Source: Neolecta irregularis DAH-3
Taxonomy: Eukaryota
Reading direction: 5' to 3'
Length of the DNA stretch: 38,876 nt
Assembly: GCA_001929475.1 (NCBI GenBank)
Contig: LXFE01003900.1
Location: 1 to 38,876 of the forward strand
The position numbers and the translations under genes are program-made. Positions 12,128 through 24,827 of the stretch are shown piece by piece. The notes beneath the pieces were generated by a model. That model did not search any database, was not told the origin of the DNA, and saw only the letters and a program-made list of their open reading frames with translations. Numbering within the stretch: the stretch's first letter is position 1; the number at the start of each line of letters is the position of its first letter.

Positions 12128-14553
12128 TCAATATACCCCATTTAGTGCGATATCGATCCAACAAGATTCTTCTTCTTCATTTCCACCCATTGCAGCCACA
12201 TCATTCGCGGGTTCAACGACCTGAATCTCCGAATTTTGATTGTTTTCTTCGACAGACATATTCACGGACTGTGAGACCATGATTCCAGAGACTAAATTTT
12301 GGGTAGCAGGGGCTACTGATTCGTGCTTAAGTGTTCCAATCGTTGAAGCTTTTCTACCCCAATTTTTTTCACTGGAAGGGTCAACCAGTTGGGCTGCCCC
12401 TGAGAATTCGCGGTGTGCCTGACGGGTAAACGCAGCATATGTTGAAGGTCCTTGGAAGACTCGTTGTTGAGCGATAAAGAGACTCAAAGGGGTAAACATA
12501 AGGTGTGAGCTAGGATTCATTCGTGAGTGGATTGGCATGATAACTCGCAAAAGGATAAGTGTGGCAAATTGGTCTGGATATGACCAGTGATGACACGGAA
12601 CTCGTATACATTCGGACAAAAGGATAGCGTCGTTAAAGGAAGGTTCTCCCACTTGCTGATCGAGAGACAAGATAGCTGTATGAATATGCGATCTATGAGT
12701 TAGACGAAGACCTCGACAAGGAGAGACTACTTGAATTGCTGTAGGCCAATGTCTTTCACTGTTAGTGTTTGCCGAAGGTCTCGAAGAATCGCGGAAACAG
12801 TAAAGCCATGGTATGATTCAAGACACTTGACCTGCGACGGCTCTAATAAAGCGAAAGGTAATCGAACCGCCGGGACCAAATGTCTCTTATCCTCATGAAC
12901 AAGGACTTTAAATCCTCGTTGCACATTTGCTCGAAGTGCAAATAATCCCAGGTATACACCTGGAGCAAGCGATTGATCCAGACCGAGGTAGTTTTTCATC
13001 AGATTAATATGGTCGATTGCTGATTCCTGGGAAATTTGCATTGAGCGAGAGATTTCGGGAACAATGACATTAGCATCAACGAATCGATATCCGGCAGCTG
13101 ATAATTTGGACAATTCATTCTTGTTGACATGACGGACCAAGAATAAAAATTGACCTTTCCCGAAATAGGGGAAAGCGGCCTCCGGGTCTTTACCAACTGA
13201 TCCCTTACTATTCTTGCTCTTTGTCTTCCCCGTTTGGATAATCTCATCGTAAATGACACCGATGTTCTCGAGAGATTCATGCATGTCATTAGCAAGATCT
13301 TGAGCGGCAACACAAAACATCTCTCGGAACGCAATATCGTAATCGATTTCCGTTTCCTTCATATGTTCGAGCGACTTCAAATGCGATCGCATCCCTGGTA
13401 TCAGGTCCTGAATTCCCGCCCAGTTGAAAGAAGCTCGATAGATCCAGTGGAATACCGAATGACTGGTATTAAAGTCGTCGTCAAGAGAGCGTTCGTGATA
13501 CTGATCCGTAATTTCCTTCGAAGGGAAGATGCCGTCAGTCGTGACCATGACAAGTCCGTCGGGAGTGAAAACTGCAGCCGCCAGAACAACCTTTTGTGCA
13601 CGATCTTTACGAGCCTGGGCACGTCTAGTGGCAGCGAAAGTGGACGCGAGGAGAAGTACACATGCTGCGACAGACTACCATTAGCCAACGAAGGAAAAGA
13701 TAAAACACGAACAATGACACCAACGAAAATGGCCGTTGTTTTTCGAGATAAACTGCCACCTGCTGAAGCATTTTCGAAAAGTGCATATTGGGTACCTATT
13801 GCAGCTGTCCAATGCATTCCGGACACTGCACCAGCAAGGACCATAGCGCAAATAACGCGTTTCCATAGCTGGTCTGCCCATTTGGACCGAAGCGAGAAAA
13901 AAACCGCTAATGCTACGTTCGTTGCTACAATAGCAATAATCACCTACGGTCAGAGATTACTCTTACAAGGTTACTTGCCGACCCAATAACGTTAGCGGGT
14001 TGATAGACACTCTTGTAGTTGGATATCCCTTCCTGGCCCTATGAATCGTCAAATAGGCCGCGATCTGATGCAACATACGAGATAGTGCATTCCCACAATC
14101 GCGAGTCCTCCAAAAGTGCCACCAATAGTCATTCGAACGACGCTTTTCTTCTCTCCAGAAGGAATAAGGAAAAAGGCCAGGAGCAAGACACATATGGGCA
14201 CAAAGAACGACAAGATAGTATACCCAGGACTATAAGCCAACTGCTCATCAATATCCCCGTCGAATAGGATGATTGCTAGATTTCCTATGAAGTGCATCGA
14301 CCTTTCTGTTAATCTGGAAAGCCGAGGCGATGCGAACCATATTGCAACGCCGCCCATTGAGACAGACGAGCCGACTAGGAGAAACCAGTTGAAAAGACCT
14401 CGCCCAGCAGTTCTTCTCCGCAGCAGTTCGAGTGTGGTAATGCAGCCGAGAAATGAGATGACGAAAGACAACCCAATGTATCCATTGGAATGAGTCTGGA
14501 GAATGAGTGATGAAGTGCATATGACTTGCCTGGGGAGCAAGTATCTGAACCAT
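12128..14553 (-). CDS. MHYT-domain integral membrane sensor with a long cytoplasmic C-terminal region
   Basis: Hydrophobic repeats with GGVAIWSMHF, GMHYLGQ and SGMHWTA motifs. Six introns, two with GCAAGT donors (14529-14496 and 13978-13944). Confidence 0.85.
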
Positions 14554-15438
14554 TTCGAGAGGGAGCGTATGCAACAGGCGCGGGGCAGCGGCGCTGCTCC
14601 TTTTATTCGATTGTATCTGAAGCAGTTGCCAGCCACCGGACGATCATCACGGCGTGCGGTGCAGCAGTATACGGCTGCTTCTATGGGTGGTCCAGTGGCG
14701 GTGGCGTACGGCCGGGAGAGGCAATCTGTGCGAATCCCATGAATTTATTGCTTGATGCAGCCCAAGCCGATTTGCTATAAGCAAATTTTCACCAGCCTCT
14801 ATATCCGGCTCCAGGCAGGACACATGCAGTGGGCGAGAGGCTGAAATGTCTCCTCGCAAGACCTCTTCAACCAGAGCCAGTGTCATCTTCGTCCGCTCTA
14901 CCACCGCCAGGGGAGTGAGTTTTAGGAAGACGGGAGGTTGTCTCCCTTTTCTCATTGAAACCCCGGTTGCACCTTTCATTGTCCTCGTTCAACGGGGAGG
15001 AACGAAGCCGATGTGCATGCCTTGCGCGCCTGTTATTTTTGCCACAATACCATTGTACACGGATCAGAACTTTAAGACACCGCAAGCTGTTCGTGATCGA
15101 ATAAATCATGAGACCTACATTTTTAGACTTGTGATAGAAATGACTTCCGATCATCGCGTGGATGTACCATGGCTGCATCATTTCTGAACTTGTACCTGTT
15201 GATATGGCACCGTATATAGGAACTGCCAATAACCTTGTATTCTACTGTTCCCCTCAATATACATTCTCTTTCGCCATCTGGCCATCCAACATGACTGGTG
15301 CGTTGTTTTTTCTCCGCCTCATCCGCCGTATTCGGGAATTCCCACTTCAATTTCGAAGCCCCCCGTGCAAACAACAAGCGCCACCATCCGGCGACTCGTC
15401 GAAACGGTACCACATCAGAATATCGTCGTTAACCCTCC

Positions 15439-17070
15439 ATGGTCAATCAATACATCCATCTCTTCATCGCCGCCTTCATCATTTTTTCCTTCATCGGATT
15501 TACCTCTTCGTACATTCTCTTCAAATTAATTTGTTACATTGTCGGTAACAAGCTTCGCGGAAAAAGTCTGTCCAAGAGGCAAAAGTATCAATCAAAAGGA
15601 AAACCGAGACGAGTGGTAATTGGGTTTTTTCACCCTTATTGGTAAACAACTTTCTATTATGGGCTTGATATGTTTTCAGTAACGCTGGAGGTGGCGGGGA
15701 AAGAGTTTTGTGGACTGCCATCCGGGATATCCAAAAAGAGTTTGAAAATGTTGTGTGCGTTGTATATACTGGGGATAAACAAGTGTCCAAGGAAGGGTTG
15801 ATTGAAAACGTCAAGGTATATTTCAACTTGACAAACATGCTGATATAGTAGACACTGTTTCATCTTGAATTACACCCAGACTCGCTGCACATTATTCTAC
15901 TTGAAAAGCGACACCTGGTATCCCAAGAGTCATGGCCGCGGTTCACGATGGTGGGTCAATCTTTAGGATCCATGATTCTCGCTTACGAAGCAATTTCAAA
16001 ACTAGTTCCAGATATCTTTATCGGTACTACAGTATTATCTCATTCATAACTGAGCGATAGATACAATGGGTTATGCATTCACCCTTCCTTTAGTCTCCCA
16101 TATTCTCGATATCCCGACTTCTGCATATATTCACTATCCTACAATTTCCAGCGATACATCGTCTCAAATTCCCCCTTCAAACTGGCCCAAAAAGCTTTAT
16201 TGCAACATTTTCAAATATTTCTATGGATGGGCAGGCAGTGCAGTTGATTTGGTGATGACCAATTCTTCGTGGACAGCGGGCCATATCGATTCTTCCTTTG
16301 GAATGAAGAGTGTCGTTGTTTACCCTCCTTGTAATACCGAATCACTTCGATCGATTGACATCAGTCGACAACGAAAGAAAGAGATACTATATCTTGCACA
16401 GTACCGACCGGAGAAGAATCATGAATTAGTACTTCATTCTTTCAAGCTGTATCTCGAAAGATTTGATAAGAAGAAAGAGGCAAAATTAATCCTAGTCGGC
16501 TCAATTCGTGGACCAAAAGACTCTGAGCGGGTGTTAATGTTAAAAAAACAAGCTAGAGATCTCGATATTGAGGATAACATAGAGTTCATAATCGAGGCCT
16601 CTTGGGAGGAGGTTGTTGGATGGTTGAGAAGAGCTTGGATCGGTGTAAATGCAATGTGGAATGAGCATTTCGGGATTGGTATTGTGGAATACATGGTTCA
16701 CTTCCAATATACAAAAGACACTGATTTAAGGCTGCCGGACTGATTCCTATTGTTCACAATTCGGGTGGACCGATACTTGATATAGTTGTTCCTTTTGAAG
16801 GGCAACCTACCGGTACACAGTACCTTTTCTTCTGTGTTGATCAAACTAGGTTTCCATGCAAATACAGCAGAAGAGTTCGCAGAAGCATTCAATTCGGCTT
16901 TTACCATTGAGGATCCACAGTCAAGGCGTTTGCGAGCTCGCGAGACATCACAGAATTTCTCTGAGGAGAAGTTTAGCCAGCTTTGGCTAAGGCAAGTGGA
17001 TATCCTATTAAAAACTGAGACTCTGCGGAGAAGAGAGCGCATATATCGAACCGGGATCAAAGAAGACTAA
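15439..17070 (+). CDS. ALG11: Alpha-1,2-mannosyltransferase Alg11
   Basis: [59 protein letters not shown]. Five introns. Confidence 0.95.
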
Positions 17071-17231
17071 GATTCCCCTTGATATCAACCAAAGTATCCC
17101 TACAGGGTTACTAGATATCCATTCATATCATCAAGACATTCATTAGCCTGCTTGAAAAGCGGAAATGGAAAACAGAATATAGACTTGATATAGCCTAATT
17201 TGACACTTCGTAAAGCATCCTATCAGCGAAT

Positions 17232-17524
17232 TCAAACGACTACACCTTCACCAGTAACTTTCTTTCCTGTTTTCTTAATCGTGTCTAAGATTTCATCTTT
17301 CGAGGCGTTCGAAGTGACAGTAACAGTCTGCTGCTCCATGTCAAATTGAACGTCGCTGACATCTACTCAATATTAACTAGAGTGATGGATATGAAGTTTC
17401 TCACCATCTCTACGCTTCAAAACTTTTCCGATAGCAGTGCTACAACCTGCACAAGTCATCGCAACGTTATATAGGTACTAAATATCAAGAAGCCGAGCCG
17501 CATAATTGACCTGCGTACCTGCAT
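17232..17524 (-). CDS. ATX1: Copper chaperone (HMA domain)
   Basis: Not in the ORF track. Three exons give MQ|YLYNVAMTCAGCSTAIGKVLKRRD|DVSDVQFDMEQQTVTV...TIKKTGKKV..., with MxCxxC and KTGK motifs. Confidence 0.92.
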
Positions 17525-17820
17525 GAAACCAAAGGTAAGTTATGTGAGAAGAAATTAAGGCGGCGTTTTATTACAATCGGTCTAATCTGAACCGGTTTAG
17601 TTAAAGGATGTGCGCTGCTTTTTGTTATCGCTGGAATTAGTGATTCAGCGATACCGGCGCTAGCAACACCTCAATTCCTCGATCAGTCCTGATTTCTTTT
17701 CGTCCCTATTCCCATTTTTTACACAACCACTGATGTAGAAGTAGAACAATGCACTGTACGCTCATTTACCAATAAGAATTGTGAATGGGTTCCAGTCATG
17801 CTCGAGATCACAATAATGCT

Positions 17821-18383
17821 TGTGGCACGGTCACCAAGATCAGAGGATTCTCGTCAAATCTACCCAACCACTCTCCCTCCTTATCAACTTCACTAATCTC
17901 CATCAACCTCTCTGATCTGACCGGCCCAGAAGATTACAGGCGTACCCCCTTCCTTTTCCGATTATCCTCCCTGAAGTACCTATTCCGAGGGGGCTGGCAT
18001 GCTGCTGGGCAGTTTGCCCGCTTCCAGCGTTTCTCCTCTCTTCCAATTCCGTTGTTGTCTACTAAATTACTTCCAGTTCCAGGGAGGCTAGTACATTGCT
18101 GGGCAGTCTGGCCGCTCTGGGGTGGTTCTCCTTTGTCTTTTCCTATTTCCGTTATTTCTCTTTCTGTTTTGTACTCTTGCCGTCTGATACCAGCCCGCTG
18201 CTGGCGGCTATTTAAAGGTCTGGTCTTCTGTATTGTTAGCCAGCCAATTGTATTAATCTCTTTCCGTTTCTAAGTCTTGACGGCCCAAGAGATTGAACGC
18301 CTATACAACCGCGCTAACCAATCAACAATCTATTATAATCCTATAAACGCCTCAGACCCCCAGCTACATCCTGCCATGCAACA
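17821..18383 (+). mobile_element. Probable solo LTR (563 bp)
   Basis: TG...CA ends with an imperfect terminal inverted repeat (TGTGGCACGG / CCATGCAACA, 8/10). Flanked by TGCT on both sides. Internal ~94-bp degenerate duplication and a TATTTAAA box near 18209. Confidence 0.7.
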
Positions 18384-18955
18384 TGCTGCAGAACTATAAA
18401 ATGCCTCCCAGAATTGTTTCCCTTTTTCCATGCCTATGAAAGAACTGAGTTACACCAATGGCATAGTGTAATTTTTGCAATGGAAATATATATATCACAA
18501 CCTGGAAAATTGCATGAAATGAGTTCCGTTCTTGATATCCATGGATGTTACGATAAGATGAGTATAGTTTCAAGGCCAAGATGACTTGAAGCTCTATTAC
18601 ATGCAGTTCCACCTTTTATCCTTGTTACATCTTGTGTGATGAGGCGCCAATTGCCTCGTCCATTACAAGATACTGCAGGCTAACGAAGACACCCGGATCT
18701 TGACGGCGATAACAAGTTTTATTCTCTATATGACCTTTTCTACTGCTGTCCCATGAGAAAGTATATCCGACCAAGACGCGGATGCGTTTTAATATGCTTG
18801 AATGCAATTACTACGAATCTCAAAAGCGTGTGAAAAGCATTGACGCCTTTTGGGGCGCTTCGACGCTCAGTCCCGGCCGAAAGCGGAACTAAATCAGCTA
18901 ACCCACTCCTTTACATCAGTTGCAATACACGTTTCCCTTCCTCGCCAATACCACA

Positions 18956-19438
18956 ATGGCTCAAGTATTGTCTCCTGTCCCTCCCCGTCCAGGTATTTTA
19001 TACCCCCGAATGACCGACTAATCACAAGGCCGTCGACGAAAACCTTTTTCCTGGCTTCAAAGACTCTACAAACGCCCGAAATACCACACCCAAGAGTTCC
19101 AGCAATTCACACAAACCCCCAGTGCCCAGGCTTCCGTCAAGGCCCCCTCATCCGCCAGTAGCGATGAAAACACAGTTTTCTCGAAACACGGAAGACAGAG
19201 TAGTGTGGCGACGACAACTACTACGATGGGTTTACATGCTAATCAAAATTTCGCTGGCGATGCAGCTAGTATGTTGACTCTGGCGAGCAGTTCGCGAAGG
19301 ATTCCGCGACGCAACAGTTTAGATACAGACGCGAGCATCAAAGCCATCCCACCTCATTCAAGGCCGAGTAGTATTGACACCGATCGAGCTTCAAGAGGAC
19401 CGGAGAGTCTTTTTAGTTTTGAGAGTACAAAAAGTTAA
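18956..19438 (+). CDS. Small Ser/Thr-rich hypothetical protein
   Basis: ATG at 18956 and a 36-nt intron at 18993-19028 (CTAAT branch, in-frame stop) join to the ORF containing ASMLTLASSSRRIPRRNSLDTDASIKAIPP. Confidence 0.65.
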
Positions 19439-19770
19439 TGGGAGGGCTGGGCTTTGTCGGATTGTTCTTTCTTAGCAAATAGGGAATGGAGCTACTCTTT
19501 GATTTATCAAGGCGTTCGTTTGAATTGAGTCTTTTCTATGAGGGTTTACATATTGATGTTCAAGTCTTCCCTCTGTTTACTTCGCGGATGACTTATTACA
19601 AAATACTGTTGGGAAAGTAGTCAATATTTGGAGATAAATAAGGCTGAAACGAGACGGCGTCATTATAATTTAAACTTTCCTTTCCAACTTTGATATCAAT
19701 GATAAACGTTATACTATGCTGATATGTAATCGGAAAAACTGAGTGATTGAACATACCATGAGTGATATCA

Positions 19771-21229
19771 CTAAACGCTTTTCCCCTCAAACAGATTCTT
19801 CAACTGACCTACTTTACCATCGGCCCGGGAGCTCCGCCTTGAACTAGCATTCGAGGGCCTTCTAGAGATCGCAGGTTTTTCAGAATTCAAGGTTGGGGTA
19901 ACACTTCGACTACGACCCTGGGGGTCAGGTGCCATACTCCTGCTACTTGGAGGTGCCATCGTCTCTGGAACTAGTAGCGATGGATTGGTGATTATTTCAA
20001 CTAGAAAGACACCTGCACCGCCAGTCGTAGGGTTGGAAAGCTTCGCATCCAGAAGTGGATTATCTGGGTGGCGGAGAAGGGTCGGGGCAAGACAAATTGC
20101 GAGATTATTGGCATGCATAAGATTTTTGTCAGCGTGTTGCGCAACGTCTAGATGTCAGCAACAGCCCGGTGGAACAAGTACCGCAGAGTAATTCTGCTAT
20201 GTAGGTCAAGAGTGTCTTTTGGTTCGTTGAAAGGATTGGAAGTATGTTGGAGCGAATGAAGGCTGGTCTTTTCGGAGAAGAGGCAAGTTGTTCGAGAGTA
20301 GAATATGTTGAGGATGGAAATATGGGATCTTGTAATGATCGAAGGAACAGTTTCAGTATCACCGCAGCTAGATGTGGACTGAAATGAGAACTTTTTTGAG
20401 CCAGATTTTCGCACCCGTAATCAATCAAAGATACTGGTTGTCCACGATCATACGCATCTCTCGCTTGTTTCAACAAGGCACTGGAAGGACTTCGACGAAA
20501 GATTCCTTCAATATCCAAAGCTCCAGATCAGTTCAGTTGAAAGTAAGGAAAGGCACCATGCACCCGAATAAATTTGACACTATCATCCACAACTCTGGGA
20601 ATACCCTTCTCTCCTTCAGCTCCCATAATCTCATCTAAACTCTTTCCAAAAACAACTCCCTGTTCGCCAAACGAATCTTTGACAATGACTTCTTCCTCGA
20701 ATTTGAGATTATAAATTAACACAGCCGGAGGGATTTCGATTTGTCGTAATGGCACATGAAGAGATAGTTCGCTCAGTGTGTGGATGTAACTGATTTTTTT
20801 CTTGAATTTTGTCGATACAACTGTGCTGACGATCTCCAGTAACACGCGGATCCACCAGGATGTATGGACGATATAGAGATGCTTGATATCCTTTTTGTAG
20901 CGGCGTGAAAGAGAGGTGTATGCGCTCATAATCCAAGTCCAGGGCGGCGGTCTCGAAGTACCGCCTGATGAGAAAAGGACAACTGTATAGTCGGAGCCAT
21001 CTATGAAAGAGTCGAGGATATTAAGAACGTGAGGCAATAAGGCCTCGTAGTCAATTTTGTCCTGGGGGAAATTGCAGGCTGCGACAATGATGAGCGGCTT
21101 CCCCTCAAAGTCGACTCCAGCAGGATAAACGATTTTGGTAGCGAGAGATTCAAGAGCAGACATTTGGACATCTAATGTCGCAAAGGGATCAAAGCTGTTT
21201 GTACGACTGGGAGTGCGACTGCGGGACAT
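19771..21229 (-). CDS. BCH/CRAL-TRIO + RhoGAP protein (ARHGAP1/Ecm25-like)
   Basis: GVDFEGKPLII...YKKDIKHLYIVH...VSTKFKKK (BCH). VFGKSL, EGIFRRSPS (arginine finger), LKLFLRSL, NLMHANNLAICLAPTL (RhoGAP). Three introns. Confidence 0.9.
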
Positions 21230-21507
21230 GCAGGCAAGTCTGACCGGACTGCTGGAGTAGCAGCTCAGAGCAGGGGTAGCGTCATATGCATGATGTATGC
21301 GAATATAAACTCCGTACTATTTCCTATATGCGCCTTATCAATGAGAATGAACCATAGCAAGTGTTGATGCTGGAGAGGAAGCACGGGTGAAATAGTGCGT
21401 ACTCACTACCGTATGCTGCATAGCATTCATAGACTTGAACTCGAGATTCATATAAACCATGGCAGAGTTGTACAGCATATTAGATAGTGCTCTATACTAT
21501 TACACAC

Positions 21508-23541
21508 TCAGTGATCCTCCGACTCTCCATCGGATCCATCGTCCTGTGCATCCACCGGTGCCATACCAATCATGCTCATCATCCTGTTCCATACTCTCCG
21601 CCCAACATCCTCCGGCCTCGAATCCACATCTCCACCCTCCTCCGTCTCAGCTCTATGAGCTTCATGCAGCGCACTGTCCAGCATAGTCACCGCATCAGTC
21701 TGATTGTCCCCGTTGCGTCCTACAAACCAGTTCCTAGTCGCGTTCATTATTGCCATCAGTGCATTCGGTTGCACCTCTTCGTCAAAGTCGTGTGATGCAT
21801 CAGCCTCGGTACTGGCATCGCCATGGGAAACTGCGTCATGCGGGGGAAGAGGATCAAAGGATAAGACGGTGCTTTTGTAATGATTCGGCAAATGTCTTAT
21901 TAATTTTGAAACATCAAGAACAATAATATGGCGTGCCACATTTTCTGGAATTGGCTCCTCAGGCCACTCCGTTGTTATGCGAGGAGGATCAGACAGAACA
22001 ATACTTTCGAGCAGGAATGTAATAATATCCGGATCATTCCATAGCTCTGCTGCTCGGTGAACGTATAGATCGACATACAACGCCTGTAATTGCGAAGGAG
22101 GTGACCAGGCTCTGAACTGTGGGGGAACACCGAGATTGAGCGATTCTAATAGTGGAGCTATGAACCATGGCCATTCGTCAGCGGCAGCGACAAGCATTTG
22201 AAATGATTCAACATGCGGCTTTATCATTAGTCCGTCTCTGGGAAAAAGGCAACATACCTCCTTGTTTAATTTTTCCAAATGCCGTCTGGCCAAAGCAGCA
22301 GATAACTGAATATTTGGCAAATTGAACTGGTGTTCTTGCCACTCTTTATCGAACTGAATGGCATACTCGTATTGCTTTGCTTTGATGGCATAATAGTCGA
22401 TCGCAAGAGCAGCCATATAAGGGTCCCCCTCCGGGTCCATACTATGAATAAACAACAGTCGCTAAAAAAAGATTCTAAAAAAAGATAGAGATACCTCAAC
22501 AATAGCTTATTAAGCTCAAACGCAGTACGAAAACATCCTCGTTGTGATAAATTTTGGATATATCGATTAATACAAAGGTAAAAGCTTCTGTTCTCATAAT
22601 ATTGGAAAGGCAAACGAGCTTTTCCGGCGGCATAGTTGAACATTGGATGTAGTGCGCGATCAAATGTATATAGAGCCCGTTCAATCATTTCTCGAGCTTG
22701 TTCGTGCGATCCTTGGTGTCGAGAGATCTCAGCCGCTTGAAGACAGGTATCTACATGGAAGGGGAACATTCTCATGAGGTCCATGATCAGACTTGGATCT
22801 ACATGTCAACTGTTGTATTCGACCGAGAAAGTACCATAGCTTCTTGCACATAGAAGAAACTGTCTCTGCTGATCTCGATAAGCATGAGAATAGTTGAACA
22901 AGAAATAGGCAATAGCTCCCTCGGTTTTAAGCAAATCCATGGTCATCCCACCTCGAAATATTCTCGTCCATGTGTCATCAGGTTGAACGAGTGCTCTCAC
23001 CCGACCCCTGCGTTTTCCTTCAATCACCCTTGCCCCAAAGAATCGTCGTAGCTCAGCTTCACTGTCGAGAAACCTCGCATCAACTTCAAATATCGAACGT
23101 TTTCGAGTCTCAAAAGTCTCTTCTTGCGGTTTTAGAGTTGTTGCTTCGAAAGAAGCCTGAGCAATCGCTTGATCAAGGAGTTCAAGGTCTGTATCCTTCT
23201 CTTGGCTTGCTGATTGCGAACAATGTGATTTTTTGGCTTTCTTTTTCTTCGACTTTGATTTCTTTGTCGTTGATGGTGAAGAAATCTGTTTATTGGCCAT
23301 TTTATAAGGCGCACCAACTTTCTTCTCTTCTTCACTTTCTTCTTCAGGCTGTTCTATACCGCTGAGCTGATATAATTAACAGAGACAACCATTTATACCG
23401 TACCAAAGCGAAAGGGTTTGGAACTGTGTTCATGAGCTCATCTTTCTCTTCTTCGTCTTTTATTTCCTCCTCAATATTTTCTTGCGCCTTTGTTGCCATT
23501 TCTTTCTCCTGCATAGCCCATCTAAGCGCGCGGGAACTCAT
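21508..23541 (-). CDS. RQC1: TCF25/Rqc1 ribosome quality control protein
   Basis: MSSRALR, RFLDSEAELRRFFG, PFHVDTCLQ, RGCFRTAFELNKLLLSMDP, LPNIQLSAALA. Four introns. Confidence 0.88.
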
Positions 23542-23691
23542 AGTTGATGATGAAATTTAATATAAGATGGAGGGCAACAAGTGACGTAGTAGAAACTCAA
23601 AAAGTGACAGACTACCCCATCGTCAACTCTCATTTCTATTTTCATTGTCAAAAGGAAATATCACAGATCAAAAAGCATAATCAACTTCGGG

Positions 23692-24672
23692 ATGTTTTGC
23701 TTAAAATCGCGTAGTCTCCGGGTTTCGTCCCGCAATTTCCAGCGTCGCTTTCATGCATGTCCAACCCCTCGTAATCCTCTCGGATTAACACAATCCCTGT
23801 TTGAATATCTACACACTTTAACGGAAACTCCCTGGGCAGTTACGATTCCTCTAAGCACAATAATTCTTCGATCATGCATCACACTCCCAATAACTATTTA
23901 TGCAAAAGAACGTATGGTAAGGTATAAAGCATTGGATGGCCTTCGAAAGGCATGGTTACAGGTTATTAGAAGGAACGTGGTTCAAAATAGTGAAAATGTT
24001 GACCAATTCGCCAAAATCAGTGCGAAAGAAGTATTTATCTCCCAAACTAAAATCAAGTTGACAATAGTATGGAAATAAAATGAGAGAGATTCATCGTCGC
24101 CATGACTGTTCACCTCTTCAAACAATAATCTACCCCTTCATCGTACAAACCCCACTATTTTTCCTCGTGTCGTTCACACTCCGGGGAATGGCTGGATTGA
24201 GTCTACCCATTTTGGGGGAAAGTTCAATTTCTCTGGAACCGGAATTTGCCTATGAAGGAGCTCTTTGGTTTGAGAATTTGTTATTGCCTGATCCGACGTT
24301 TTTGCTGCCCTTTGGGATTGGTTCACTCAACTTTCTCAATGCTGAGGTATAGCCCCTACTCATAAAAGGTTGATCTCTAATTGGAAAGTTGACATCAAGT
24401 AGTAGAGGAAATAAAACAAGGAGATTTAATCGCATCGTGACAAATAATCTCAAGATACTGAGTGTTATTACTATTCCCATTGCAATGCAATTGCCGTCGG
24501 TACAAACTCTTTCACGGAGAAACAAGACTGATGATGTTAGGCGTTGACGTTATATTGGGCGACATCGGCGCTGTATTCGTTGATACAGAATATGGTGTTA
24601 GAAAAGAAGTACCCACAGAGGCAGGAAAGGCCATTTGAAAGAAATGTAGAAATCCTTTTTGTGAAGAAATGA
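23692..24672 (+). CDS. COX18: Mitochondrial inner-membrane insertase Cox18 (Oxa1/YidC family)
   Basis: Arg/Ser-rich presequence, PWAVTIPLSTIILR, VQTPLF, EGALWFENLLLPDP, ALTLYWATS. Three introns. Confidence 0.85.
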
Positions 24673-24827
24673 TTGTATTTTATAAAACTATGCAAAATAA
24701 TAACAAATGCTTCACGTTCAACGAAATGCCCAATGCTACAGCCCCCGACCATCAATCCTAAACTCAAACTTGCCATTTTTCAGCATGTTTCTCACCGTCT
24801 TTCTCTTTGTGTCCCGAAATGTGCGAA

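Noticed and set aside
13234-13989. 251-aa antisense ORF
   Set aside because: It lies opposite the well-supported MHYT exons, starts with a non-ATG codon and has no recognisable features.
14554-15438. Overlapping 100-130-aa ORFs between MHYT and ALG11
   Set aside because: No recognisable homology or coherent exon chain; probably divergent promoter/UTR sequence. A small orphan gene cannot be excluded.
17785-18273. 162-aa plus-strand ORF
   Set aside because: It crosses the LTR boundary and reflects pyrimidine-rich LTR sequence, with no gag/pol motifs.
18394-18807. Two short minus-strand ORFs next to the LTR as retrotransposon remnants
   Set aside because: No RT, integrase or gag motifs, and the target-site duplication already closes the element.
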